Part shown: positions 40,259 through 55,307 of the stretch, one piece after another
How positions within the stretch are numbered: the first letter of the stretch is position 1
Layout of the letters: every line of letters begins with the position of its first letter
Origin: Octopus sinensis
Taxonomy: Eukaryota
Assembly (NCBI RefSeq): GCF_006345805.1
Contig: NC_042998.1
Coordinates: 79,980,001 to 80,044,000, forward strand
Length of the DNA: 64,000 bases
Direction of reading: 5' to 3'
Translations under genes and position numbers: made by a program
The notes under the pieces: model-generated
Told to the model about the DNA's origin: nothing
What the model saw: the letters and a program-made list of their open reading frames with translations, nothing else
The model's database searches: none

Positions 40259-40759
40259 ATCAAGTGAATGAAAGAGTTTCTATGTAATTGCTTGGCCTGC
40301 AAGAAATAGGTGCCAATCTCTTCCATATCACAATCTAGTACCTTAACAAATTGAAGGACACATTGGTTAATAATGTAGATATATTAGCTTAGAAAAAAGA
40401 CAGAACAATCATTATTGGAACACATTTGATCAAAGGTTTGTCTAATTAGGTCTCGGTTGGGGACTAAATAACCACAATAAAATATTATAACCAAGTGGTA
40501 CCAAGACCAGAAACCAGCTAGAACAAGGGGTTATTGTGACCTTGTCATGCTAGATTTGAAAGATTTAATGGTGTTCACCAATTCTGCCAGTTATTTTAGG
40601 GATAAGATATTTTTGACCTATTGTTAGACCAGTTATGACAACCAATTTACCATTCCATTAAGTTTTTTTGTGGTTGAAAATCTGCATGTATTTAAGCAGT
40701 TTGTTTCACACTAGCACCCCTCCTCATACTGGATATACTCTCGCAGTATGTCTTCAGCT

Positions 40760-41378
40760 ACGAGGAAGAATAGGGAGGATAGCAAAGGAAAAGGAAATGG
40801 AAAACAAGAACAAAAAAACAGTATGAAAGGTTGTGGAGGTGAAGGAGGAGGAGGAGGTGGTGGTGGTAGATAAGGAAAAGGGAGAGAAGAACAATGGTGA
40901 AGAGAAAGACAACAACAACAATGACATTAATGAAAACCAAAGTGACATGTGAAGATGCAAAGCAGGGAATGAAGTACAGAAAAGATACAAAGAGAGCAGA
41001 ATTAAAGGACTGTTGGGATAATTGGGGGAGGTTATAAGGGAGAGTAAGGAGAATGGGGGAGGTATTTATAGAGAAGTAAAGAGGGGGAGGGAAATGAAAG
41101 ATCTTTGCAGGAATATTAAGGTGTATGTATGTATGTACAGAGGGAGGAAGGTGGTTAGATAGATAAATAGATGCAAGTAAAGGTTAACAAACTGAGAAAT
41201 GGATTGATAGACAGTTAAATTGAAGGAAGGATGCATAGAGATGAATAGAGGAAATGACTGAGAGAGAGAGAGAGAGAGGTAGATAGATATAGAGATGAAT
41301 AGAGGAAATGATTGAGATAGACAGATAGATAGATTGGCAGATAGATAGATTGACAGACAGACAGACAGACAGACAGAC

Positions 41379-41411
<33 letters not shown>

Positions 41412-41771
41412 TGTAGGCAGATAGGTAGGTAGATTGATAGATAGCAGATAGGGAGATGAGATATAAAGGCAGATATGTAGATAGGTAGGTAGATAGATAG
41501 ACAGATAAAGATAGATATGGTATGTAGATAGATAGACATAGAGAGAAAGTGATAGGTAGATATACAGATGGGTGGTGGGTGAATGGTTACACAGCTTGAT
41601 ATGTTGCCTAGCTGGATTGTTAGACTGATAGACAGATAATTAAATAAGATAGATAAATAGAAAGATGGATAACAAAGATAACACAGGTAAGTTAGATAAT
41701 ATAGATATTGACTGATACTATAGCTAAAATATATAGAAAGGTAGACAGATGGACAGATAGATTGACATATG

Positions 41772-41846
<75 letters not shown>

Positions 41847-42260
41847 GGATAGATTGATTGATAAGCAGGCCAGTTGACAGGTAGATAGATAGACAGAGAG
41901 AAGGATAAAATGAACAGGTAAATAAGGACAGAAGAAAGATTTAGTTCAAAATAAGAAGAAAGAAACAAGATTTCAGAATTTGGAAATGAGTTGGTAGGAA
42001 AAGGTGACAGATGCATTGTTGAAATATGGGTTGGGAGTGGGGTGAATATGAAGAGATGAGGTAGGGAAAACAGAAATGAAGATCCCTACTATCGAAAAAT
42101 AACTAATGTAAAGACAAAGAACAGAGGGGAGGGATAGAGAAATAGAAACAACGAGAGAAAGAGAGGAAGGGAAAGAGATATAGATAAGGAGAAAGAGAGA
42201 CAGAGATAGAACAAAGCAGGAAAAGGAGGGGGAAAACAAAAGGCAGGGAGCAAAAAGCAC
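40760..42260. repeat. Purine-rich low-complexity tract with (GATA)n/(GACA)n arrays
   Basis: Directly visible. Explains the 316-aa S/I/Y/L ORF. Confidence 0.9.
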
Positions 42261-43356
42261 AGACAAGATGAAAATGATAACCCCTTTTTTCCCCACTTGT
42301 AGCATCAGAACATTGGGGTCCTTTTAATGACAGATACAAGATTATTAAAACTGTCAGGTTTAAAAAGCCTGTCAGAGTAAGGTTAAAAATTATGATTGCT
42401 TTAACAATGGGTGAGAGGGTGGGGGGTTTAACATTTTCTATTGATTAACTAACAAGTTTAAATTGATTCCCATTGATTTAAGTTAACCATGTTTAATGTG
42501 AAAAAGGAAACAAAAATAATTGTTTCCCCACTCAATTTTCTGCCATTTCTGAACATAAAATGAAGAAAGTTGAAGGTTCAATGATTAATTAAAATAGAAT
42601 TATTGCAATACACTCACACATGGAGCAGAGTTTGAATATGCATACATGTATGTGTGTGAGTGTGTATGTGTGCATGCATGCAACTGTGCGTGTACAGATG
42701 TATATACATGTGTGTGTGTGTGTGTGTGTGTATGTTTGCATGCATGCAATTGTGTATGTACAGATGTATATGCATGTGTGTGTGTGTGATTGTGTGTGTA
42801 AAGATGTATATACATGTGTGTGTGTGTTGACATATATGCGTGTATGCATACACAACCAACCAACCAACCAACCAACCAACCAACCAACCAACCAACCATC
42901 CATCCATCCATACATACATACATACAAACAAACAAACAAACAAACAAACAAACAAACAAACAAACAAACAAACAATAGAATTCAAATAATATCATGTCTG
43001 ATGATGTAAAGCAGTAGGTACATACAATTAGCGTTCAAGGTTGACTTGCTGCGTATAAGTCCAACTTGAACTGTAACTAAAAGCAAAGATTTTAGAGGTT
43101 TTAACCTTCCTGTATACTCCACAATATTAGTAAACCAAAGTTTTCAACTAAAGTTCTATCCCATTCTCCCTCTGATGATGCAAAGGACCTCCTTTGGTCA
43201 TGAATGGTCATAGGATTGCACCTAGAAAGTTACCCTCTGAGACACAAGTCCAGGCAAGGTTGTTTATGGAAGACCAACAGCCGCTCATGCATACCAACCT
43301 CCCCTCTCCACACCACTGATGTTATTCACGGGAAAGGCAAAGGCTGATGCAACTTG

Positions 43357-43659
43357 TTGTTTGTTCCTTCTCGAGCCATGCCTGGCTCATAAGGGCCGGT
43401 TTCCTGGTTTCCTTGGCGTGTAGGTTCCCCACCTGGACGGGACACCAGTCCATTGCAGGTGAGCTGCAAGATGCAGGAGGAAAGAGTGAGAGAAAGTTGT
43501 GGCGAAAGAGTCAGCAGAAGTTCGCCATTACCTTCTGCCGGAGTCATGTGGAGCTTAGGTATTTTGCTCATAAACACACACATCGCCCGGTCTGAGATTT
43601 GGACCTGCGACCCCTCGACCGCGAGTCTGCTGCTCTAACCTCTAGGCCAGGTGCCTCTA
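43357..43659 (-). mobile_element. SINE with family-B-like tRNA head and a different 3' half, nested in an older SINE
   Basis: 13-bp TSD CTGATGCAACTTG at 43344-43356 and 43660-43672. Head GGCACCTGGCCTAGAGGTTAGAGCAGCAGACTCGCGGTCG; (ACA)-type tail. Confidence 0.88.
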
Positions 43660-44077
43660 CTGATGCAACTTGGCATCAGTGATGTCACAAATCATTTCTA
43701 AAGCTGAATGAATTGCTCAAGAAAACAACACACCGCCTGGTCTAGGAATCGAACTCACTACCTCATGATTGTGAGCTCAACAGTCTAACTACTGAGCCAT
43801 GTGTGCTGCTATATGACTAGCTGCTGCTTCTTTTGCACAGGATGCACTATTTGTGCATCTGTTCTTGAAACAGCTGGAAGAGACTTTCTGTACATGTTAC
43901 TTCCTTCCTCCTTATGATCTTTACTGATGTAACAACTCAACCATCATGTTTAAAGATATGCTATAATCTAAAGGTATGTCATAATCTAACCTGATACCTG
44001 TTGTTTTGCCTGTTTATACATTGATCCTATTACACACACACTTACACACACATTTATACACACACATGCATATAAGA

Positions 44078-44164
<87 letters not shown>

Positions 44165-45075
44165 AATAGACAGACAGATAGATATATGCTTATGTGTGCA
44201 CAACTGAACATCTGAAACAACACATGTAAAAATAAATTCTAAATAAATTCATGTGCATATGTTTGAAAAATATACAGGAAACATTACTATGCAAATAGAT
44301 CTTGGAGTTAAACAACAGGAGTGCTCTTTACTGAATGAACTCATGAACAGCTAGACTGGTTTTGATGGGCTGTTGCTGTTTCATCAAGAGCGTCTGCTCA
44401 GTCTTGTCCTACAAAATGTAGATGCAGCTTAGAGCTGCTTAAAAAGAAATGCTATGAATAACAGGTACTGAATTTACCCATTTTCTTTTGCTGGCAGTGT
44501 TTGGATTTGTGACTGTGAGAGAGAGGGAGAGGGGGAGAGGGAGAGAAAGGGAGAGAGAGAGAGAGGGGAGAGAGAGAGACTCTGTATAAATTGTGTAGAG
44601 GATCTATTCAAGTTTGGAAAGTGGACTTTTGAAAATGATATAAACACTATTATTTTAACATCCCCTTTTCCATGCTTGCATGGGCTGAAAAGGTATCAAA
44701 GCAGCTTACCCCCCATTGTGGCTCTTTGACATCTGGCAACATACACTAAGTTTTTATAGCTGAATTCTCCCCTATCATCAACCAGTTTACTATACTGACT
44801 AGGTGTATTTTATTAAACCACTAGTACTATAGAGGTTTTCTGTAACAGGATTAAAGGATTCTCTCCAACTTGTGTTACTTTTATTAGGAGTTATTACTTT
44901 CTTCAATATGTTGCCTACAATACATCTTGTAGTTCACATTTGTTCACTATGTATTGTATATTTGTTGTGTCAAAGCTGGAGTACATTTGTCAAAGCTGGA
45001 GCATGTTACACGAGGAGTCAAGGTTACATAAGGGTGGTGTCTGTGAAAGATAATTTAAGGAGCGATTGTGTAGGG

Positions 45076-45352
45076 CAGTGCTTCTCAAACTACCTGATGT
45101 GGTGTACTGGCAGTTTTTTTTTCCGATGTACTAGGTACTGGTAATATTTCTTAGTAATATTAATTTATACCAGAAACAATATATATAATGAATATAAAAA
45201 AAGTTGACAATTTTTTAACTTATATTTATTTTGTAAACAAATAATACAATATTACATAATGTTTCTTTCTTTTCTGGAAACTTGCTGCATACTGGCAGCT
45301 GATGGCTTGTGGACCGGCACCAGTCTGCAGACCACCACTTTGAGTAGCACTG
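45076..45352. mobile_element. hAT-type MITE
   Basis: Terminal inverted repeats CAGTGCTTCTCAAA / TTTGAGTAGCACTG with a perfect 8-bp TSD GTGTAGGG. Confidence 0.9.
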
Positions 45353-47059
45353 GTGTAGGGTATGAGTGTGGTCAGAAGAAACAGTGAAGGATGGCAGCCA
45401 AAATTCCATATGGTATTTAGTTACACTCCTTTATGCTCTGATTTCAGATCCTGTCAAATGTTGACTGTCTTTTACCTTTCAGAGCTAATAAAATGAAAAT
45501 TTGCCACATAATCAGCTGCACTAAAAACTTGCAGCTTGTGCCTATGTCAGAAATCATCATTGTATAGAAGGAAGGGTATGGGAGGGATATATAACCAAAA
45601 AGTAAAGTACACCAGAGCTTGATTGAAGGTGTTTCAGAGAGCTTTGTTCAATGCTGTAATAGGGGAAGACTGATAAGAGATGTCTGATCCAAGAAATCAG
45701 AAACAGGTGGAATTGTTGAATGAAGAAACTCATCTAGTAGATCCGCATGCCAGAAATGACAGAAAACATCGCTAATGCCATTTTTAAATGATATAGGCAC
45801 GGATATGGTTGTCTCGTCAAGAAGTTCACTTACCGATTCACATGGTTTTTAGGCTCAGTCCCACTGTGTGGGCCTTGGACAAGTATGTTCTACTATAACC
45901 CTGGGCTAACCAAAGCCTTGTGAGTGGATTTGGTAGGCAAAAACTGAAAAAAAGACAACTCTTTATGTGTGTGTGTCTCTCCTTGTCATACCATTGTGTG
46001 ATAGTTGTACGCAAGTGTCATTGTAATACAAGCAGAGTCATCCATTTCCAGTCTTCAGTGAAAACTTGTCTGGTTAGTGGGAAATATGGCCTTGCTTGGA
46101 AACAAGTGAGGGTTGGTGACAGGAAGGGCATCCCAGAAAATCTGTCTCAAATGAGTTCTGTCTGCCTCATGCAAGCATAGAAAAGTAGCTGTTAAAATGA
46201 TGACAACAATGATGATGATACATGAAAGGTCTTCTACATTTAATGTTATTTCATTTATTCTCTTCAAGCAATTCACTCAACCCATAGCAAGGAATGAGTG
46301 GGCGGGGGGGGGGGTAATTGGGCCTAGGGTATTGATGTGAAGATTTTTGATCGCATGAACTTTAAAAATTCAAATGAAATATACACCTTGTATGTTTTGA
46401 GTAATTTTGAAAATAACCAAAGAATCTGATGGAATTTAGAAAAACAGCTAAGTTTTTATTATTAAATGAGTATTTTTAACGTGATAAAAGATTCTAACAA
46501 AAAATCATAATGGAAGGTTTTAATATAAAATTATTTATCATTGAGTAATTATGCACAAAGAGTGGGTGAATAAAAATAACTATGAAGATGTAGGTGAAAT
46601 ATTTTGATAAAAATGTAAAATATGTTTAAGATTTAAAGTACACTCTTATCTCTTATTTGGGACTTAATTAAAAACAACACACATAAATATACATGGAGAT
46701 AACATACATACATGCACACATACACACTTATATTTTTCCTTGTTGTAAGTGAAATGTGAGGCACACAAAGTAATTTTTCAAAAAAAAACCTAGCAGAGTA
46801 AGAGAAGACAGCGAAGAAAACAGGAAACAGGGCTGGATTATTTATAGTAGTTTGTCTGAAACTATATATTACCTAGTTTTGAAACATGTATAATATTGTC
46901 AAGCCATAATACTGCTAAAAAATACCTAAGTTCTGCTCATTTGCTGAATTTTTAGAAAGCTCAAATGAAACTCACATCAATGTAGTGCTTATATATTTAG
47001 GATACTGCTGCTTTTACACAATCAAAAGCATTCTATAACCCTCTCTATAGTTTCACATA

Positions 47060-47180
47060 AAGGAAACCGTTCTCCCTAGAAGTGCATTCCTTTGGAATGC
47101 TCCTACTATCTGGCTCCTTATTTCTTCTACAAATCACCAATATACAGAAATTCAAGCTGAATATCAACCACATCAACCTC
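47060..47180 (+). mobile_element. Decayed CR1/L2-group LINE 3' end
   Basis: Frameshifted LPRSAFLWNA...IQKFKLNINH resembles the FPRTxxxWNxLP...FK tail of CR1-group ORF2. Confidence 0.4.
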
Positions 47181-49744
47181 ACTCATTAGGAAGGCCTTCA
47201 AAGATTGAGGGAATTGTCTTCCTGACTAAATTATTTCTAAAATAGAACAAAATGCAATTGCTGCTGTGTGGTAAGAAGTTTACTTCCCAACTACATGGTT
47301 CCAGGTTCAGTCCTACCGTGCAACATCTTGGACAAGTGTCTTCTACTACTGCCCTGTGAGTGGATTTAGTAGATGGATACTGAAAGAAGCCCCATGCATG
47401 TATGTATGTATGTGCATGTTGCTATCACCTAGTCTTGACATCGTGTGATAGTTGTCAATATTACATTATTTTGAAACAGGTGAAGGTTAGTGACAGGAAG
47501 AGCATCCAGCTGAAGAAAATCTGCTCCAACAAAATCTATCTGACCCATGTGAGCATGTAGCAGTGGATGTGAAAATGATGATGATGATAATGACACAAAT
47601 TTTGGGAGAGTATAGTAAAATAGAGTGACCTCTTGACTGGTAGCTTATTTCATCAACCCTGTAAGGACGAAAATCTAAATCAGCTTTACTAGGATTTGAA
47701 CTCATAATGTAAGAGACTACAAGATATTTTACTTATCACTCTCCCAATTATTCTTTCCTAACTACCAAAAATGAAAAAAAACAAATGCTCCTCCTGTATT
47801 CTCTTTCTTACATAAGACATTATACCTATGTAAATATATCCTATCTCCAAGTCAGCAGAGGTAAGCTAACTGTGAAGTGCATCCACAATCCATAGTAAAC
47901 CATTGTAATTTATGTTATGTCACTAAATACCCACGAGAACAGAAGCAACATTGTACAATCTCATTCATGTCTCCTATAAGTTAGGGGAATGCAGGTGGGA
48001 ATCGGGTGGGGAGGGTTGGGCAAATTAAGAATCTTGCAAAAATGTTCTGAGGCATATTTTTTAGTTGTTGAGTGTTATGTTAAAGGTATGAAAGTAGGTG
48101 GATCTGTGATGTAGATAGGTGTAGGGGCTGAAGCAAAATAACTATGGGGTGGAGGAAAGGAAGAGATGGGTATGTTCATGGAGACGGTAGGTGGGGGTGG
48201 AGGTTGGATGAAATTTGATCAACTGAAAGCAAGCTTTAAGATAGGGAGCTAATGGCAGAAGGTCTGCTAGAAGACTTGAAGATATATGTTGGTATCCCAC
48301 TTAGAAAATACATAAAGGTCTATTTTATACACACACATATATTTATAAAACCAGCTTCCTCTCTCTATATGGAGTAAGAGAAGAGGATATGTTATACACA
48401 CACATAAACCAAGTAAATGTATTCATATATATACACACACACCATATACATATATATATACAAAGACACATACATACAAACGCACACAGATATGTAACAT
48501 ATAAGTGCTCCAGAATAAACAGAATGACCAATAAAAGAGATATCCCTGACAAGAGCAACAGAAAAAAAAAATGGAACTTTAAAGGTAAAAACAGATGTTA
48601 TTACATTTTATCAAGTTTCTCAAGTGTTAATAGGTACACTCCCTCTGTTGATAATGGTTAGAATGATAAAGATGATAAGAGGATGCTGTCAGTGTACAGT
48701 GCTGCCAATGGATTGGTTACATTAACTAAGGGACTTACTAAATTTAGTAGGGATCTCTAGGGTTGTTAGTTATACAAAAATTAGAGATAATGATGGTGTG
48801 GTCACTTTGGCCTGCTAGGAGTGAATTATTCTTCAAATTACATCCTATCATCTTGAAAAAGGGAGAGATACATTAGATGAAGTAGTCCTCGATACTTAAG
48901 TTCCAAGATGAAAACGGTATGATTGTGGCTGAAATGCCCTTTGGTGTGGGTCTGCTCAATTCAAAGTTGATTTGGGGCCAAACAACATCATTGCAGATAT
49001 GATATATATAGGATCACTATTATCATCACTGTTTCAATGTCCACTTTTCCATGCTTGCATGGGTCAGATGGAATTCATTAAAGCAGATTTTCTACAGCTG
49101 GATGTCTTTCCTGCCACCAACCCTTACTTGTTTCCAAGTAAGGTTATATTTTCCCACAGCTAGACATGCTTTTCGCAGAAGAGTGGAAACCAAACAACCT
49201 TGTTTGTATGATGATAATACTCATTTACAACCATCACATAATGTCAAGAAAAGGAGACACAAACACACATATACACGTGTGTATATGTGTGCACACACAC
49301 ACACACATACAAGCTTCTTTCGGTTTCTGCCAACCAAATTCACTCACATGTCTTGGATTGTCCCAGGGCTATAGGAGTACACACTTGTTCTAGATTCCAC
49401 ACTATGGGACTGAACCTGAAACTATGTGGTTGTGAAATGAACCTCTCAACTGAATGCTCATGCCTGCACTTATGATGTATAGGATACTTATTAATTAAAA
49501 GCAAAAATTTAATTGGGGGTGCAAATTCTGAGCATTTCCTAAATTATTTCCATATGATTTGTATCATTGATATTATCTTAATTTGTTTTTCAACTGTCAG
49601 AATTTAAATGATTCTTCTGAACACTGCTAAAATTTCCAATACTGTTCCTGCTTTTAATATTCTCTTGCTCTGTTTTCAACACAAGTCATTATATTCTACT
49701 TTTGTCCACATCTTGTAGCCCGAGAACAGCACTTATGTCTTTTT

Positions 49745-50105
49745 TCTTTTACTTGTTTCAGTCATTTGACTGTGGCTATGTTGGAGCACTGCCTTTTAGT
49801 CAAAGATATCAACCACAAGACTTATTTTTTAAGCCAAGTACTTATTCTATAGGTCTCTTTTGCCCAACCCATTAAGTTATGGGGATGCAAACACACCAAC
49901 ACCGGTTGTCAAGCAGTGATGGAAGGACATAAAGACATACACACACATATACAATGGGCTTCTTTCAGTTTCCATCTACCTAATCCACTTACAAGTCTTT
50001 GGTTGACCCAAGGCTATAGTAGAAGACACTTGCCCAAGGTGCCACACGGTGGGCTTGAACCCAGAACCATGTGGTTGGGAAGCAAGCTTCTTACCACACA
50101 ACCAT
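49745..50105 (-). mobile_element. Family C SINE (moderately diverged)
   Basis: Aligns by eye with 7870-8283 along its length. Confidence 0.8.
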
Positions 50106-50867
50106 TGACTAGATTTGTGATCAAAAGTATCCTTTTGCATATCTAGAACTGCGTTGTCTAATGTGTTCTTCCTTTTTAAGATGTTGCAATTTGAAGGGGA
50201 GATCTAGCAGTTAATTCTTGCACGCCATTTAGAACCATCTTGATTGATTCAGTTCCCAGGGGCTAAATGTGGTTGATGAGACAAGTTATTAGTCATGAGT
50301 TCAAATCTACTACTGACATTTTGTATTTCTGGGTTAATATTGGTTTCAGGAATAGATACCAATTTATTTGGGAACATTACCTACAACAGACAAGTATTTT
50401 AACTAGCAGCAGACTTATCTATGTTTCATACAACACCATGAAATGAGAGCTACTCTTTTGTCATAATATTTCAGTTGAAATACACTGGCTTTGTTTCAAT
50501 TAATTTTGAAAATAATGAATTTATTACAATATCTTTGTTATTATTAAGCTAGAGTTTGGAATATAAATTAACATGAAATTTTAATAGAAGATTTTAATTT
50601 AGATCACTTTAAAACATAGAATTTATGCCATAAAACCAAGGGCAATTTCAAGCAGATTGGTATCTAAAGGGTTAAGTGATTTACATTTTTATTCATACTA
50701 TAGTTGTTGCTGATGTTGTTATTTAACCCTTAGTCAGCTTTGTTTGAACAGACCTATGACTCAAGATATTCTAGCTGAGACCACCCCAACTCTATATGGA
50801 CATAGTGTATCTTAGATTACATTATCTAATGTGTCCTTGCTTCTTTTTTAAGATGACAGAGTGCCAT

Positions 50868-51320
50868 TTAACCTTTTTTGCTATCATATTTCTGTTGAAA
50901 TTTTTTTAGATAATTTTGAAAATAATGAAGTATTTCATAAAATAACTTTGCCATTATTACATTTGGTGATAAGCAGTGAGCTGGCAGAATTGTTAGCATG
51001 CTGGGCAAAATGCTTAGCGGCATTTTGTCTGTCTTCTTTATGTTCTAAGTTCAAATTCTGCTGGGGTCAAATTTGCCTTTCATCCTTTTGGGGCCAATAT
51101 AATAAGTACCAGTAGAACACTGAGGTTGATGTGTAATTGACTAGTCCCCTGCTCAAAAATCCCAGGCCTTGTGCCTTTAGTAGAAAGTATTATAACATTT
51201 GGTATTGAAAGAAATTAACATGAAATTTTGATGGAAGGTTTTAATTCATATCACTTTAAAACAGGAAGTTTGTATCATAGAACCAGGGGTGGGGCTCAGG
51301 TGGGCTGGTATCAAAATAGT
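50868..51320. mobile_element. TTAA-type MITE interrupted by a family A SINE (~50970-51190); related copies at ~8295-8503 and ~50455-50675
   Basis: Shared body TTTCTGTTGAAAT...TAATTTTGAAAATAATGAA...AAATTAACATGAAATTTT...TCACTTTAAAAC. The related copies end in AAAGGG|TTAA. Confidence 0.6.
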
Positions 51321-52876
51321 AAAGGAAGATTTGGTTGTTATTTCTAGCAGGTTGAAATTATAGTGTAATAGTTGCTATTGTTGTGCATATAAGGTAAACT
51401 CAAAATTGTAGTCCCCATCTTTCTCTCCAAACTAAACCCATGGTGTTGATATGAACGCAGTATTGCAAGCTAATGAGAAACAGCAGTGATCCATACACCC
51501 CATGGTACCTGTTTATTGCTAGACAGACTGGAGTATTAAGAGATAATATTTTCCTGCACAGTGCAGTGCAGTGATGGGAGATGAGATATGAGCTGTTGAC
51601 CCATCAGCCAAGTAAGCTGGCACCCCATCAATTAAACCAGCTGTGATTCTACACTTTGTATTCTTTAGACTTTCCCTTGAAAACATCTGTTACATTTTTG
51701 GTTAATTCTCAGCTACATCTACAGTTCTTCAGGCCATAGAATTCTCATGTCATATTTAATGAATCATATCTATTTCCTTCCTTTTCAGATATTGTTAATC
51801 TTTCCCTATCACGGCTGTAGTAAGAAGTGAGGGGATAAGCAGCAATCATTAGAGCATTGAACAAAATGCCTTGAACCCAAATTCTAAAGAACCAGAACAA
51901 ATACCGCAAGGCATTTTCTGTTTTTTTACAATCTGAGTTCAAATTCCACCAAAGTCAACATTGCTTTCCATCCTTCTGAAGTTGATAATGTAAGAACCTG
52001 TCAAGTACTTGAGTCATATAGCTGACTTCCCCTCCCCACAAAATTTATGCTTTTGTACCAGTCTAAGAAATCATTATCACAGCTGTAGTTACTGTAACAG
52101 GACTGTAGTTTCATGGTCTGTGTGATACTTTACAGATAGAAGAGACTCTTTATAATCAACCAGAATAGAACTTTTTGAACTAGCAAGAAAGCTTTCATGT
52201 GGTCAATCAACCTGTTAGAAACAGCAGCTACATCTCCTTCAGATTACATCCTTCTGTTTTAAATAAAGAAGGATACAGATGATGATGATGACAGTGAACA
52301 ATGTAGTCCCAAATAGGTTTACAAAGCTTTGGTTGCCTCAAGGCTGTAGTAGAAGATGCTTGCTCAAGATGCCATAAAGTGGGACTGAGCCCAAAACTAT
52401 GTGGTTGCAAAGCAAACTTCTTAACCACACAGCCATACCTGTGCCAATAGCCAAACATATACATGTACTCACACATGCACACACACAATGGGCTTCTCTC
52501 ATTTTCCATCTACCAAATCCACTCACAAAGCCTTGGTTAATCTAGGGCTATAGTAGAAGACGCTTGCCCAGACAAAATGCTTTATGCGTTTTAATTACAT
52601 TCCTTCACTTTCAGGGTTCAAATCTCTCCTCAAATAACTATCTTCCATTCTTCCAGAGCCAATAAAAATAAGTACCAGTAATATACTGTGAATAATTCAA
52701 TGAACTATATGCCTTTTAAATAAAAATGCCTAACATTGCATGCCAATATTAGAAATCAATATTTTCATCCATGGATCTGAAAGTCTGGAACAGGAAAATT
52801 TAGATGCAAAACAGAAACAGAGAAAAAAATGATGAAAATTAAAGCAATTTTTTTCTTTTCTTTCTCTTTGCTTCTC

Positions 52877-52927
<51 letters not shown>

Positions 52928-54045
52928 CACAATTCTAAAAATGTACACTTCTGAATTGAGGAAGGATTTCGATCAATAATAGGCACGAGGACTAAAAACA
53001 AGGCTTTCTTTAAGACATCATAACATTATATTTTCAGATGTATGAAGAACCATTCCTCTTTCTTTTTAGCTTTTGTAAAACCTCTCAGAACAACATAGAG
53101 GAAAACTCACAATATAAAGTATTACAGCCAGAACAAGGTTTACACACACAAATTATAATATTATAAACATTATACACTACGTTAAAACTAAATATTTACA
53201 TAAGAAAATCAGTTTTTTGTTGTTTTATTCATGATGGTTGTTAATAGTTGTTTCTCAGTTTTCACTTATTGCCTTTTACTACTACATCACCACCATCATC
53301 ACCACTGTAACCACCATCGTCATCACAGTTAGGAAAATGGATTGACAGAATTGTTAGGATGCAGGACAAATGATAGTAGCATTTCGTCTGGCTCTTTACA
53401 TTCTAAGTTCAAATCCTACCGAGGTCAACTTTGTCTTTCATCTTTTTAGGGTTGATATAATAAAGTACCAGTCAAGTACTGGGGTTGAAGTAATTGACTT
53501 CCCCTTCACTACTTAAAATTGCTATCATTGTGCCAAAATTATTGTCATTGTTGTAGATACGTCTGTGTGGAAATTACTACTCAGCCACACATGGTATCTT
53601 GGGCAAATGTCTTCTACAATAGCTTTGAGCCGACCAAAATCTTGTGAGCAGATTTGGAAGATAGAAACTGAAAGAATCCCATCATATGAATACATACACA
53701 CATACAAATGTATGTGTGCCCTTGTCTTGATGAGCGAATGTTGTAAACAAGTGTCGCTGTCATATACAAGGTGTCATTTATTACCTATCTTTCATGAAAA
53801 CATGTCTGGGCATGAGGATATGCATATATCTCGTACATCCAGCTGTTTCAATGTAACACTTGTGTTTCCATGCTAGCCTGGCTTAGACAGGAGGCAGTTG
53901 AAGAGACAGGATTTTACAGTTAGATGAGATCAGGTAAATAACCTGAGATCAGGTAAATAACAAGCAGATATATAATTAAAGATATTCTAGGAGTGACTGT
54001 TTTCGTACATCCATAAATATAGATATAGGAAAAAAGTATATAAAT

Positions 54046-55272
54046 TTGTGTGTGTGTGTGTGTGTGCGCTAATGAAGTTTGAGGTTCAGTTCTACAGCCC
54101 CTTGGGCAAGTGTCTGCTACCACAGCCCTAGGCTGCCCCAAAACCTTGTTAGTTAATTTGGTGGACAGAAACAAAAAGCAGCCAGTACATACACACACAC
54201 ACACGTATGTATGTGTGTGTGGACAGCTGTGTCTTTGTTTACGTTTGTGCTCTATGAAAGTTGCCAACTTTGAGCAGTGTTCATGTCACTTCACCTACCA
54301 ACAAACGTTTTATAGGCTCATTTCATAGCTATGAAACTAAATTACATGGAGTTAAATCAAACTGTTGTTAATTATTTTATACACACATACACATGTGTGT
54401 GTGTGTGTGTATTTATATTTGGGTTTCGATAGGTATAAATGGATAAGAGATAGATCTACTCCTTGAACATACGTCAATCTATAACTGATAACTTTTACTC
54501 CACAACTGGAATTGAACTCAGCACTGCAAGCTAACAAAACACTTGTTATTTACCTGAGATCAGGTAAATAACAAGCAGACATATAATTAAAGATATTCTA
54601 GGAGTGACTGTCTTTGTACATCCATAAATATATAGAAAAAAAGTACATAAATTGTGTGTGTGTGCGTGCACTAATGAAGTTATGAAGACAACATATGAAA
54701 TATTCTTTTAGTTATGAACACTACTGGACATTCCCTTTGAAAGCTAAAGAGCTCTTTTTAAATCTGAAGCTGACTCTTTACAGGTGAGAAGACAAGCTAA
54801 GAATCTCATTTCCTATATTTATATGGAAATTTCATAGAATTTTTTCCTTCTTTTAACTATCTCTTGGCAAAATAAAAGAAAAAGTAAAGCAAACAAAGAA
54901 TCAAAAACAATGGTTGGATATTAGGTCAAAAGTAATAAGAATAATGGTAAGACCTTTATGATGTGGCCTGCTGTTGTGGAAAGGATAAAAGAAAGGAAAT
55001 TGAAGTGAAATTCCTAGGAATAATGTTTTCCAGAGAAGGGAGTCTCTTACCTCATTCTTTGATTATTTCTGAAGAACCAAGAACAAATGAACCAAAAATA
55101 AAAGATGGGCTAAAAATAACAGATTATATTTTATGAAGGTATCAAAAATTTTAAGACAAGATTTAATGTTACAAGAGAACAGAAAAATTTCTACTCTCTC
55201 TATCTCTCTCTCTCTATATATATATATATGTGTATGTATGTATGTATGTATATATATATATATGTGTATGTA

Positions 55273-55307
<35 letters not shown>

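Noticed and set aside
41066-42016. Longest ORF in the track (316 aa, minus strand)
   Set aside because: Translation of (TATC)n/(TGTC)n low-complexity DNA that lacks stops by composition. No domain or splice support.
47997-48020. G-quadruplex motif GGGAATCGGGTGGGGAGGGTTGGG
   Set aside because: Fits the pattern, but such motifs are common and nothing ties it to a feature here.
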